From an uncultured Thermoproteales archaeon (lineage in GTDB: Archaea > Thermoproteota > Thermoprotei > Thermofilales > B20-G17): a stretch of 64,000 bases of DNA. The translations under genes and the position numbers were made by a program. Position 1 is the stretch's first letter. The number at the start of each line of letters is the position of its first letter. Where the stretch lies: assembly GCA_965368245.1 (NCBI GenBank), contig CBDUMD010000002.1:54772-118771 (forward strand). Reading direction: 5' to 3'. Below the pieces are notes generated by a model. The model saw nothing but the letters and a program-made list of their open reading frames with translations. It did no database searches and had not been told where the DNA came from. This document shows, piece by piece, positions 1-9,162 of the stretch.

Positions 1-116
1 GAAACTTCACAGTCGGCAATAAAGAACACAAGCATCTTGCCCGCGAGTCCTTTTCGAAGGAACCTGTATGCCTCTTTAAGCGGGGGATTATCCAGTAAAA
101 TATGATTGCCTTCCAT
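1..116 (-). CDS. hypothetical protein, 5' fragment running off the window edge
   Basis: ATG at 116-114 lies ten nt after the stop of the upstream methyltransferase and follows a GGGGG run. Reads MEGNHILLDNPPLKEAYRFLRKGLAGKMLVFFIADCEV... to position 1. No motif recognised. Confidence 0.3.
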   Translation of the reverse strand, partial: MEGNHILLDNPPLKEAYRFLRKGLAGKMLVFFIADCEV

Positions 117-126
117 TCCCCCAACC

Positions 127-681
127 TTACTCATTTTCTTCACGGCAAACTAGTATAATATCCTTTACCGTAGGAACATCCATTCTGCAAGAGATCTTAA
201 ATCCACAGTCATTAACTATTTTCTCTATATTTTCGCTGGATAAGAGACTTTTTCTTAGAACTCCAAGTACCAGGATACCGCTTCTCAAAACATCCTTGAC
301 TTCATTGAGGAACGTGTATAGGGTTTCGGCATCATCTATCACCGTTATAGAGTAGGCAAAATCTAGAGAGTTGGGTCGTAGGGGCAGAAGACATATATCT
401 CCCGCGATCAACTCAACTGCCTCGTTTTTCTTCTCCTTAGCTTTACTCAGCATACCAATGGATGCATCAATCCCCACAACCATCTCCACGTTTCTGTTTC
501 GCGCTAGTTCAACTAGATATAGCCCTGTGCCGCATCCAAAGTCCCCTATCCTGCCTCTTGGAGAAACCCTCCTTGAAATTACCCGATACTTTGCTACCTG
601 CTCTTCCCCGTAAAGCTTCTCATATACGCTGGAAAGCTTATTGTAGTACTCTATTATCTGTAGCCTTCTCTTCCTCTGCAT
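127..681 (-). CDS. class I SAM-dependent methyltransferase
   Basis: 184-aa ORF with Rossmann-fold SAM motifs: motif I IGDFGCGTG, then VVGIDAS..ML and AGDICLLP. Confidence 0.8.
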   Translation of the reverse strand: MQRKRRLQIIEYYNKLSSVYEKLYGEEQVAKYRVISRRVSPRGRIGDFGCGTGLYLVELARNRNVEMVVGIDASIGMLSKAKEKKNEAVELIAGDICLLPLRPNSLDFAYSITVIDDAETLYTFLNEVKDVLRSGILVLGVLRKSLLSSENIEKIVNDCGFKISCRMDVPTVKDIILVCREENE

Positions 682-790
682 ATATTCTAAGACACTAACT
701 CATCAACGAAAAATTAACTTATATGTTTCCAGGTTGTGGACTCAAGCTTTAAAAACTCTTCCTAAATATCTAGATTGAAAAATACGATAG

Positions 791-1158
791 GAAGAAATAT
801 TAATTTTAAAAGAAAGAGGTGTAAAGGCCTGTCAACGGGCGCTCGACGCCTTCGAGAAAGCCGACTACGACTGGACCATATTTTTGCTTGAACAGGCTTT
901 ACAGTTGCTTATTAAGTACTTTCTTGCACTGAAGATAGGCTGCTTTCCTAGAACACATAGCTTAATAAGACTTATAGAGGAGGCTGGACAGCTGGAACCT
1001 GAGTTAGTTGAATACTTAACTGAGAACAGGGATGCGTTAATGCTCTTGGAAGACGCCTTGTGAAACAGTTTCACTTTTCATAGACATTAATAGACTTTCG
1101 TAGGCTTAGGTACCTGAGTGCTAACAGATAAGCCGATGTCGTGGAGTTTCTTAGCTAA
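791..1158 (+). pseudogene. HEPN-domain protein remnant (no start codon, frameshift, internal stop)
   Basis: Frame 2 reads ...KACQRALDAFEKADYDWTIFLLEQALQLLIKYFLALKIGCFPRTHSLIRLIEEAG...LEDAL*, with the stop at 1061-1063. These are HEPN-like helices carrying the R-x4-H motif (RTHSL). There is no ATG, GTG or TTG after the upstream stop at 788. The expected C-terminal helix continues in frame 1 (DFRRLRYLSANR*ADVVEFLS*, 1093-1158). Confidence 0.45.
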
Positions 1159-1525
1159 AGGTGAGGCATCAATGGACGTATAAGCTGGATTGACAAAGTG
1201 TATTTTCCGCTATATCTCGGAACCAATACTTACAAATAGTTAGTGATTAACAACTCTATTGGTCTAACCGACTCCGATGATGAAGACGAGGGGGATGAGC
1301 ATCAAATGAATCCAAGTTCGATGAGGGGAGTTAGAAGGCAATGGCTAGCTCCCGTAGTCGGGCTTGGAGGATGAAATGGGTGATGAATATCTACATAGGC
1401 AATCATAGACCTACGTAGGTAGGAACCCTATATAACTTCGCGTTACATGCCTCGTAGATACACGAGGGTGGATGTTGAAAACAAGTTAAATCTCTTTAGT
1501 AAGTTGCTGGATATTGTGAGGAAAC

Positions 1526-1872
1526 ATGAAAACCCTTGAATTCGCTAAACTTGTCTATGAGAAGAGGAAACCATACTTTGACAAGTGGCTGTATTATGCT
1601 AGAAAAATTAAGGTTCTGGTAGAGAAGGAACTAGGTGAGGTTACCGTGTATGTGTTCGGTAGTGTGGCTAAAGGGGAGGCCATCCAGCGCTATCCGACAT
1701 AGATATATTAATTATATCTCCCAACATGCCTGAAGACAACAGTAGAAGAGCTATGCTGAAAGCCAAGATCCATGAGGGGCTTGGCCCATTAAATCCGTTT
1801 GAAATACACCTTGCAAACCCGAGAGAACATGAATGGTATAAAAAATTCATAGACAAGTTCATAAAAATTTAA
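1526..1872 (+). pseudogene. minimal nucleotidyltransferase (MNT, HEPN partner), frameshifted
   Basis: From the ATG at 1526 the ORF reads MKTLEFAKLVYEKRKPYFDKWLYYARKIKVLVEKELGEVTVYVFGSVAKGEAIQRYPT*, with TAG at 1700-1702. The conserved continuation (HPAL)SDIDILIISPNMPEDNSRRAMLKAKIHEGLGPLNPFEIHLANPREHEWYKKFIDKFIKI* is in another frame and ends at 1870-1872. The GS-x-A-x-G...SDIDILI catalytic motif is therefore split by a frameshift near 1676-1690. Confidence 0.7.
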
Positions 1873-2180
1873 TTTCTAAATATCCTCATGGACAGCTTTT
1901 GTTAATACTTTCCGCTTTATTTATTTAAAGTTTAGAAGGCAACGATACTAACGCCATGGTGATGGATAGATCCGGAATCTTAGGTAAATTTCCATGTTGA
2001 AGGTATTTTAAGTGTTTTTCAATATAAAATTGTTAATCGTTTAAATTTAACAATATAATTTAAGTAACCGAAGAGTAGTTGGGGGCGTAAATTGATCAAC
2101 TGGAGCTCGATCTTCAGGTTATCCTTCCTTTTATTTCCGTTTGGCTAAAATTCTCCCCCATTTAGGTTGACAAAAGGTTA

Positions 2181-2214
2181 TTCTAACATTTAGAATCCCT
2201 TTAAACTTAAATAT
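2181..2214 (+). promoter_or_regulatory. putative promoter of the large surface-protein gene (palindrome plus TATA-like box)
   Basis: Palindrome TTCTAA-cat-TTAGAA at 2181-2195 lies directly upstream of the A/T box ctttaaacttaaatat (2199-2214). An SD-like AGGTGGA sits 7 nt before the ATG at 2262. Confidence 0.35.
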
Positions 2215-2261
2215 GGGTATAATAGTCTCAATTCCGAACAAACAATTTAGGTGGATAATAT

Positions 2262-5200
2262 ATGAGTAAAAAGATAGTAGGTATATTATCTATACTGCTG
2301 GTAGCGACATTAATAGTAGCTGTAGTACCTTCTTATGCAACCCCTGATGTAGAAGCCTTCGAGGTAACTTTAAAGGACCAGCTTGGGGCTGCCGTATATA
2401 AGGGTATCACCGAAGTACGCTTAATAGTATGGAATGCCGACACACTGATAGTTGACGCTGTGGGCGGAACCCCAGACACCAGCGGCAAAGTATTGTTAAC
2501 ACCCACTGTGGCCAAAGAGTTTTCCGGCGACGTAAATGTAACAATACTTGTAAAGACTGAGGATACAGGCGATCAATACCTATTATTCTACTATGAATAC
2601 CCTGTAAGCATTAGCGGGCTAAGTTACTTTAACACAACCTTCACGGGCAACCGTTGGTGGAACTTCAAGTTTAAGGTCGTAACAGACCCCTCCTGGACCG
2701 ATAAACCAGACTGGGCTGGAACCATACCCTTATGGTTCCCCGATCCAGAGAGACCTGGAGTAGTAGACAAGCCTTACGTTAAATTATATCTCGGCAAAAA
2801 CGAAACATATCCGGTGATAACTGAACTCGAAACCACTACTGGAGGCGTAACCCCCTACTTCAACTTCACAGACTCCCTTGCCTCCGTGGATAGCGAGGGC
2901 CACGTCACCTTCAGCGACGTGGTTATATACAAGGAGGTATGGTGGAACTATAAGAGAGTTATAGTAGGCAAGGAGCTTGTCAAGATATTCCACAACGCCT
3001 CCGGCTCCTTCATCAACGTTACAGACAAAATTGCCGGAGAAACTTACATTTCAGTTGAATTAAGCGCCACCACCAACGAGATAGAGGACAGAGCCTACAC
3101 AGTTCTTGTAGGAGTTAACTTAACAGACTGGGACGGAAACGACTTTGAGCCAGGTGTAAGCGAAGCCAAGGTGTTCTGGGAGTTTGAAGGCTTTGTACTT
3201 AGATCCGGAAAAGTTGAACCAGGAACCAACTATGCTCCAGCCGAGGGCAAAGAATACGCTGGAACAACATACTTCTGGCTTCCAGACGTATGGACAGTCT
3301 ATGGAAAGAATGCAACACTGGAGGTAACCTACCTGAGGGTACTTGTATTCCAGCAAGAATTTAACATTACAAGCTCCCCCGTTACCGAAACCGCGAAACT
3401 ACAGGTAGTTAAACTGGCCCTGCAGGTTAAGGACAAGGAGCCTATAGCTCAGCCCGTGGCAGGCGCCAGAATAGAGATATACTATAAGGGTCAGAAAGTA
3501 GAGTTTGCCCCTGGAATGACGTTCACCGTTACAGGACACTATTGGGGAGACGGCTGGGCTTACCTGCCGCCTCTCGCAGACTACTACGTAACCACTGGCG
3601 GAGATCTCGTAGTTGATACTGTATATTCTGGATACGGTTACCTGCCAGTGCCCCTCGGGAGCACCGAGGACACCTACACAGTGAAGGTATACTTTAAGTT
3701 CGGAGACGAGTGGATCGACGTAACAGACACTACAAACAACACCATAACAGTTAAACTTAGTGAACAAGGTAAGACCTTTATGGTTCAGGCCAAGCTCTAC
3801 GAAGCCTCCTTCATATTCAAGTCATATGCTAAGGAAGTATTATCGATAAACGACTTCGAAGACGCTAGAGTATACGTATACTATGGCGGTAAATTAGTCT
3901 TAGTTACTGTGCCTGGAACTGGAGGCGAAGTGATACTCTCCCAGATACCTGCGGGAGAATACTCCTTCAAACTCTACTGGAAGTGGGTCACAATAGACCC
4001 CTATCCAGGTAATGCGACCGTAACAGTCACAGACAACATAATAACCAAGCCAGTAATTTACTTCCCAATAGTCAACCTCAAGGTAAACACCTTCACCTGG
4101 GACAAGCAACCCGTAGCAGGACTGAAGGCCGCAGTCTTCTACAACGTTAGCGGCACATGGAAGTTAGATCCACAAGGCTGGGTTAAAGCCGCTGCAGACA
4201 AAACATATATTGAACTCAAGAAGATACCTGCAAACATACCCTTAAGGTTCCGGGTGAACACATCTGACGTTACACCTGGAATCAGAAGCGGAGAAGACAA
4301 CATCCTCGTATATGAGAGCGATGAATTCGTAGTAATAGCACCGACCTTAGAAGACTACCTCGTCGTGAAAGACGTATATACCTGGATATTCAGCTTCAAG
4401 CTTGTAGCAGCTGACTGTGAAGGAACACCACTGAAAGGAGTAAGCGTATACGACCCCAACTTAGATGAAACAGTATACTATAACGTTACAATACTCCTCG
4501 TAGATACAGACGACAACTTCAAGCTAATTAATATAACAGATCCATATGATGCTGTAGCCCAGTTCGACTACCTGGCTAGACAAGACGGAATCTCAAGCGA
4601 AGGCGTCACACACCTCTTCATCGCAGGCCAGAGCTACACGTTCAGAGTATTCTACCTCGGTACATTGGTCTTCGACTACACGATCAAGTTACCTAAACCA
4701 TATGAAACCAAGTTCTACTATGTCAATGAGACATCCAAGGAGATATTAACCGAGGTTCCAGAGGTAAACGCCACCTATCACCCACTCTACGAGTTTACCG
4801 GCGTACCTGAACCAAGCGACACCGTGATACCTGAAGTAAAGATCTACACATGGGTAGTACCCTTAAAGATCTACACCACCACAATTAGCGGAGCTTCAAA
4901 GCTTGCTAGCGCCTACCTGTTACCTAACGTGAAGCTCGTAATTACACTCAAGGACATACTTGAAGTAAGGGCTGTAAACGGTACCCCCGGATACACTGGT
5001 TATTCTTCACTCGCAGACACTGCCGAAACAAAGTGGGCTAACAACGAAACATATGTAACCATAACAACTAAGACTGACGAGAAGGGCGAGACAGAAATAC
5101 TTGTCCCAGTCTGGGTACCAAAGACAACCGGACACTTCAACGACATAAAGTTCGGCGCCAACATCACAAGGATAGAGGCCTACGGCAGCCAGGACGATAA

Positions 5201-7034
5201 TACCCCTGGCTTCGTATTAGATGTAGAGAAGCTCATAAACTATGGTACACCTGAAGACTACGCACGTAACGTAACAACATGGTGTGGAGACTGGACATGG
5301 ATACCCACAGAAGCGCTCGAACACATACTGGTTAGAGTACTCGCCCCAAGCAGGGTCGGATCACTCAAGGGAGTTGCCGGAGCCAAAGTAACCTTCACGC
5401 TCGACAGCGCCACAGTAGCAGAAGTTTCAACCGACGCTAACGGAGAAGCCCACTTCTGGGTACCGAAAGACGGAACATACACGCTCCCCAACGGCACCAC
5501 ATTACCAGTGGTAGCCGTTGACCCAGAACTCAAAGGAGTATTCTACACCAAGAACGTATTCACAGACTACACGTATGAAACAGACTTAGAGGCTATGGTA
5601 ACCTCAGTACTAGAGAACTACGGCACGGTCAAGAGGGACGGTGACATAATATACTTAAACGGACAGGCTGTAATGAGGCTCGAGAAGCTTACTGGAACAG
5701 TTGACTTCACAGAGGATTACAACTGTGGAAGCACACCCATAACCCTCGAATGGGGCGCATTAATGGTGAGAGTGCTCGACTGGGCTGGCCAGCCACTCAG
5801 AAACATGACTGTATTCGCAACCTCAACCAACGTAACCGAAGGAACCCTGCCGTTCATATACGGTATAACCGACGGCGAGGGCATAGCATTACTCTACGTG
5901 TCTGGATCAAGAAAGTATTACGTGGACGTATACTGGCGTGACACCTACTTCCTCTTCTACGCAGGCAAGATACCCAAGTACATAAACATCTACGCAAGCG
6001 CACACGACGAAGAGGCTCCATCAAACAGAATATGGAGTAAAGGCGAATACAGAGAAATCAAAGTATACGTATACAAGGTTGCTATAAAGCTCCTCAAAGC
6101 CGACGGCACAAGCCTGAGCAACGAGACACTCACAAAGATTAAAGCCAAGATAACGTGGCCCGACAATGTTGTAACAGAGGTCGCTCCGACAACAGACGGT
6201 AGCGTAAACATAATACTTAACGCAGAGACCGTGAAAGACTGGACCAAGCCGACGGAATATAGTATAAAGAACTTTAACCCGCTTTCACCCAGCAACCAGC
6301 CACAGACACCGCCAGGAGGATATAAAGTAGAGATATTCTGGGAGGGCATTGAAAAGCCGATTTACACCACAACTATAACAGTGGAGAGAGGTAAATACGA
6401 GACACCAAAGATAACAGTAGGAGTCAAACTACCAATATTCGACCTGGAGTTCAAGGTAGTATCGCCATTCGGCACACCTCTCGCCAATGCTGAAGTAAGC
6501 GCTGTAGTAGAGGGTGTTGGAACAGTAAGCTTCACGCTTGATGCAGAAGGCAAGGGAGTGATCAAAGAAGTACCCTTAGGAAAAGCTGTCATAAAGTCTG
6601 TTACTTGGAAAGGCGTAAATGTACTTGCAGCAGATAAGGAGGTAACACCAACGGTCACCACAGTACAGGCCGCAAACATAGGTAAATTGACCATAAAGGT
6701 TACCGGAGCCATGGGTCAGCCCGACACCGAGACAGTAAGCATAGAAGGACCGGTGTCAAAGACCATAAAGGTTGAAGGCAGCTACACTGAAGAGGTTCCA
6801 GCGGGAGACTATACTGTAAACGGAAAGAAAGTGACTGTGAACGCTGAAAGCGAAGCCACAGTAGAGATATCGACTGGCAGGCTCTTCGGCGTACCTTACT
6901 CGACATTTATAACCTATATTGTAGGAATAATAATAGCGATACTCATCATAGCAATAATACTCTACGAGTACACCAGCTACAGGACCTCAAGAAGACTAGC
7001 CAAAGCCATAGCACCAGCCAAACCAGAAAAGTAA
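2262..7034 (+). CDS. large cell-surface (S-layer-like) glycoprotein with C-terminal membrane anchor
   Basis: 1590-aa ORF with a signal peptide (MSKKIVGILSILLVATLIVAVVPSYATP). I count about 25 N-x-S/T sequons. It has repeated beta-rich carboxypeptidase-regulatory-like modules (e.g. GAKVTFTLDSATVAEVSTDANGEAHFWVPKDGTYTL), a C-terminal TM helix (FITYIVGIIIAILIIAIILYEY) and a basic tail. Codon usage is distinct, with C-ending two-fold codons. Confidence 0.7.
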   Translation: MSKKIVGILSILLVATLIVAVVPSYATPDVEAFEVTLKDQLGAAVYKGITEVRLIVWNADTLIVDAVGGTPDTSGKVLLTPTVAKEFSGDVNVTILVKTEDTGDQYLLFYYEYPVSISGLSYFNTTFTGNRWWNFKFKVVTDPSWTDKPDWAGTIPLWFPDPERPGVVDKPYVKLYLGKNETYPVITELETTTGGVTPYFNFTDSLASVDSEGHVTFSDVVIYKEVWWNYKRVIVGKELVKIFHNASGSFINVTDKIAGETYISVELSATTNEIEDRAYTVLVGVNLTDWDGNDFEPGVSEAKVFWEFEGFVLRSGKVEPGTNYAPAEGKEYAGTTYFWLPDVWTVYGKNATLEVTYLRVLVFQQEFNITSSPVTETAKLQVVKLALQVKDKEPIAQPVAGARIEIYYKGQKVEFAPGMTFTVTGHYWGDGWAYLPPLADYYVTTGGDLVVDTVYSGYGYLPVPLGSTEDTYTVKVYFKFGDEWIDVTDTTNNTITVKLSEQGKTFMVQAKLYEASFIFKSYAKEVLSINDFEDARVYVYYGGKLVLVTVPGTGGEVILSQIPAGEYSFKLYWKWVTIDPYPGNATVTVTDNIITKPVIYFPIVNLKVNTFTWDKQPVAGLKAAVFYNVSGTWKLDPQGWVKAAADKTYIELKKIPANIPLRFRVNTSDVTPGIRSGEDNILVYESDEFVVIAPTLEDYLVVKDVYTWIFSFKLVAADCEGTPLKGVSVYDPNLDETVYYNVTILLVDTDDNFKLINITDPYDAVAQFDYLARQDGISSEGVTHLFIAGQSYTFRVFYLGTLVFDYTIKLPKPYETKFYYVNETSKEILTEVPEVNATYHPLYEFTGVPEPSDTVIPEVKIYTWVVPLKIYTTTISGASKLASAYLLPNVKLVITLKDILEVRAVNGTPGYTGYSSLADTAETKWANNETYVTITTKTDEKGETEILVPVWVPKTTGHFNDIKFGANITRIEAYGSQDDNTPGFVLDVEKLINYGTPEDYARNVTTWCGDWTWIPTEALEHILVRVLAPSRVGSLKGVAGAKVTFTLDSATVAEVSTDANGEAHFWVPKDGTYTLPNGTTLPVVAVDPELKGVFYTKNVFTDYTYETDLEAMVTSVLENYGTVKRDGDIIYLNGQAVMRLEKLTGTVDFTEDYNCGSTPITLEWGALMVRVLDWAGQPLRNMTVFATSTNVTEGTLPFIYGITDGEGIALLYVSGSRKYYVDVYWRDTYFLFYAGKIPKYINIYASAHDEEAPSNRIWSKGEYREIKVYVYKVAIKLLKADGTSLSNETLTKIKAKITWPDNVVTEVAPTTDGSVNIILNAETVKDWTKPTEYSIKNFNPLSPSNQPQTPPGGYKVEIFWEGIEKPIYTTTITVERGKYETPKITVGVKLPIFDLEFKVVSPFGTPLANAEVSAVVEGVGTVSFTLDAEGKGVIKEVPLGKAVIKSVTWKGVNVLAADKEVTPTVTTVQAANIGKLTIKVTGAMGQPDTETVSIEGPVSKTIKVEGSYTEEVPAGDYTVNGKKVTVNAESEATVEISTGRLFGVPYSTFITYIVGIIIAILIIAIILYEYTSYRTSRRLAKAIAPAKPEK

Positions 7035-7064
7035 ACGTCTATCAGTAAAAATAAATCTCCTAAA

Positions 7065-7090
7065 TTTATTTTATTTTTAATTTTCTTCCT
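7065..7090 (+). terminator. T-rich tract, probable archaeal terminator of the surface-protein gene
   Basis: tttattttatttttaattttcttcc lies about 30 nt after the stop. Oligo-T tracts are the usual archaeal termination signal. Confidence 0.35.
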
Positions 7091-7140
7091 CTTGTTAAAC
7101 TATCTTCAGCCAGCTGGATGTATTTGTCGTTGTGAGTAAG

Positions 7141-7148
7141 TTTTAAAA
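7141..7148 (+). promoter_or_regulatory. TATA-like box upstream of radA
   Basis: ttttaaaa is centred about 32 nt upstream of the ATG at 7177, which implies a very short or absent leader. Confidence 0.35.
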
Positions 7149-7176
7149 GGGTTGTCGGGGATTCAGTTATAAGGTT

Positions 7177-8121
7177 ATGGTCGTGCCCACACTAGCCGAC
7201 ATTAAAGGTATATCTTCCTTAGCGGCGGAAAAGCTTAAGGAAGCTGGCATTGATACAGTTGAGGCTGTAGCTGTTACGCCTGCAAGGGTGTTAGCTGAGA
7301 TTCTAGGTGTAAGCGAGGAAAAAGCTTTGAAGATATCTCAAAACGCTAGAAACCTACTCGGTGTACACTTTATAACAGCTGAGGAATACTTTGAGAAGCG
7401 TAGGGGCGTAGCCTATATCAGTACTGGTTGTAGGAGTTTGGATGATATTTTGGGTGGTGGTGTTGAGACTCAGTCTGTCACCGAGTTTGTGGGTGAGTTT
7501 GGTGCTGGGAAGACTCAGCTTTGCCACCAGCTTTGTGTTATGGTTCAACTGCCTGTAGGGGAGGGTGGTTTAGAAGGTAAGGCTGTCTATATTGATACTG
7601 AGGGAACCTTTAGGCCTGAAAGAATAGTACAGATGGCGGAGTATAGGGGTATTGAACCTAGAACAGCACTCCGAAACATAATATACGCACGTGCTTACAC
7701 GACGGACCATCAGATGCTGCTCGTAGAGGAGATAACTAAGAGGATCTCCCGGGAGAATATAAGACTTCTCGTAGTCGACAGCCTTGTAGGCCTCTTCAGG
7801 ACGGAGTACCCTGGAAGAGAAAACCTGGCGTCACGACAACAAAAGCTGAATCGCCATGTCCACCAGCTTCTCAAGATAGCGGACGTGTATAACCTTGCTG
7901 TGGTGGTTACTAACCAGGTTGTAGCTGACCCGGATTCCTTAATAGAAAACCCGTTACGCCCAGCCGGAGGAAACATTGTTGCACATGGATGCACCTATCG
8001 TATATGGCTTCGCAAGGGTAGAGGCAACCGTAGAATAGCTATAATATTTGATTCACCTAAACACCCTGAATCAGAAGCCGTATTCATGATAACCACGGAA
8101 GGTGTCCTAGACGTCTTCTAG
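7177..8121 (+). CDS. radA: DNA repair and recombination protein RadA
   Basis: 314 aa with an N-terminal HhH domain (GISSLAAEKLKEAGIDTVEAVA), the polymerisation Phe (HFITA), Walker A GEFGAGKT, Walker B LLVVDSL, and NLAVVVTNQV. Confidence 0.95.
   Translation: MVVPTLADIKGISSLAAEKLKEAGIDTVEAVAVTPARVLAEILGVSEEKALKISQNARNLLGVHFITAEEYFEKRRGVAYISTGCRSLDDILGGGVETQSVTEFVGEFGAGKTQLCHQLCVMVQLPVGEGGLEGKAVYIDTEGTFRPERIVQMAEYRGIEPRTALRNIIYARAYTTDHQMLLVEEITKRISRENIRLLVVDSLVGLFRTEYPGRENLASRQQKLNRHVHQLLKIADVYNLAVVVTNQVVADPDSLIENPLRPAGGNIVAHGCTYRIWLRKGRGNRRIAIIFDSPKHPESEAVFMITTEGVLDVF
7420..7693. repeat. 274-bp direct repeat, copy 1 (inside radA)
   Basis: Base-by-base comparison with 8186-8459 at offset 766 shows no mismatch. 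Identity ends at 7419/8185 and at 7694/8460. Confidence 0.97.
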
Positions 8122-8155
8122 CAGAGGATACTTCACACTAAGCCTTGGAGAAGTC

Positions 8156-8884
8156 TTGAAACGGCTAGGGGAAAAAAGGAGAATTAGTACTGGTTGTAGG
8201 AGTTTGGATGATATTTTGGGTGGTGGTGTTGAGACTCAGTCTGTCACCGAGTTTGTGGGTGAGTTTGGTGCTGGGAAGACTCAGCTTTGCCACCAGCTTT
8301 GTGTTATGGTTCAACTGCCTGTAGGGGAGGGTGGTTTAGAAGGTAAGGCTGTCTATATTGATACTGAGGGAACCTTTAGGCCTGAAAGAATAGTACAGAT
8401 GGCGGAGTATAGGGGTATTGAACCTAGAACAGCACTCCGAAACATAATATACGCACGTGTATACGATGTGAGCGAGCAGCTGGCTATTCTACCTCTCCTA
8501 GAAAAACTGGCTCAAAGCGACGAATATAAGTTGATAATAGTGGATAATGTTTCAACAACTTTTAGACTTGAGGCGGCAAAAACCATTCGCGAGAAAGGAA
8601 AAATATTTCGTGAACTGGCCTTCTTTGCTTTCACGATGGCTGAACTGGCTTTAAAGTACAATTTAGCGGTTGTGGTCACTAACCAGCTTATTTCGAGGCC
8701 AGGTCGGGGAGAAAGTCCAGTGGGGGGAATATTTTTAGAAAGTTTTGTAACAACTTGTCTTAAATTCAGTAGAGCTGGTGGCGATTACAGGAGAATTGAA
8801 GTAATGTTCAGTAGAAATCCTGAAATAAAAGCCGGGTTCTGTAGGGTGCATTTATCTGAAATAGGTTTAATCTCCTCGCCCTAA
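8156..8884 (+). CDS. RadA paralog (core ATPase only, aRadC/Ral-like), mosaic with radA
   Basis: 242 aa from a TTG start, with no HhH domain. Residues ISTGCRSLDD...NIIYAR, including Walker A, are nucleotide-identical to radA. The C-terminal half is divergent (VYDVSEQLAILPLLEKLA..., Walker B LIIVDNV, NLAVVVTNQL). Confidence 0.8.
   Translation: MKRLGEKRRISTGCRSLDDILGGGVETQSVTEFVGEFGAGKTQLCHQLCVMVQLPVGEGGLEGKAVYIDTEGTFRPERIVQMAEYRGIEPRTALRNIIYARVYDVSEQLAILPLLEKLAQSDEYKLIIVDNVSTTFRLEAAKTIREKGKIFRELAFFAFTMAELALKYNLAVVVTNQLISRPGRGESPVGGIFLESFVTTCLKFSRAGGDYRRIEVMFSRNPEIKAGFCRVHLSEIGLISSP
8186..8459. repeat. 274-bp direct repeat, copy 2 (inside RadA paralog)
   Basis: Identical to 7420-7693. Confidence 0.97.
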
Positions 8885-8910
8885 AAGTGTGTTTTCTCGA
8901 CAGTAAACGG

Positions 8911-9162
8911 TTAGAGTATACTGTATAGGAGGCTCCATAGAGTAGCCCATGCTCCAACATACTCCATAACCCCCTCAAAAAGTTTTCTACTTTCAACACC
9001 CATCTTCTTTAAATACAGGATCAGGATCGCTAAGGTTCCTACGCCCAAAAGTATCCCTACTAGACCCTTCAACTTGAGGATTCCACACACAGCACCTATA
9101 ATAAAACCTAAAAGGACTTTAACGTAGTAGTATTCGAGCCTAAGATTCGATCTCCATGCCAT
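8911..9162 (-). CDS. small membrane protein
   Basis: 83-aa ORF with two or three hydrophobic, glycine-rich helices (VLLGFIIGAVCGIL, LVGILLGVGTLAILILY). No motif recognised. Confidence 0.4.
   Translation of the reverse strand: MAWRSNLRLEYYYVKVLLGFIIGAVCGILKLKGLVGILLGVGTLAILILYLKKMGVESRKLFEGVMEYVGAWATLWSLLYSIL

Noticed and set aside
71-95. ctttaagcggggga, which resembles the core of the repeat element (ctttagcgggga)
   Set aside because: It is a short match of about 12 nt with an indel, lies inside a coding frame (DNPPLKEA), and is likely chance.
1268-1400. Cluster of GATGA/ATGATGA strings that looked like C/D-box C boxes
   Set aside because: There is no CTGA D box at any suitable distance and no terminal stem. 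The cluster lies in the decayed TA region.
2333-6906. Ten antisense or alternative-frame ORFs (60-122 aa) inside the 1590-aa surface-protein gene
   Set aside because: All are nested in a long ORF with a strong signal. Their products are low-complexity (Ser/Val/Cys-rich), and the biased codon usage of the sense strand explains the open antisense frames.
7177-8121. Checked radA, lig and atpB for inteins
   Set aside because: The protein lengths (314, 595 and 467 aa) and uninterrupted motifs are normal. No insertion was seen.
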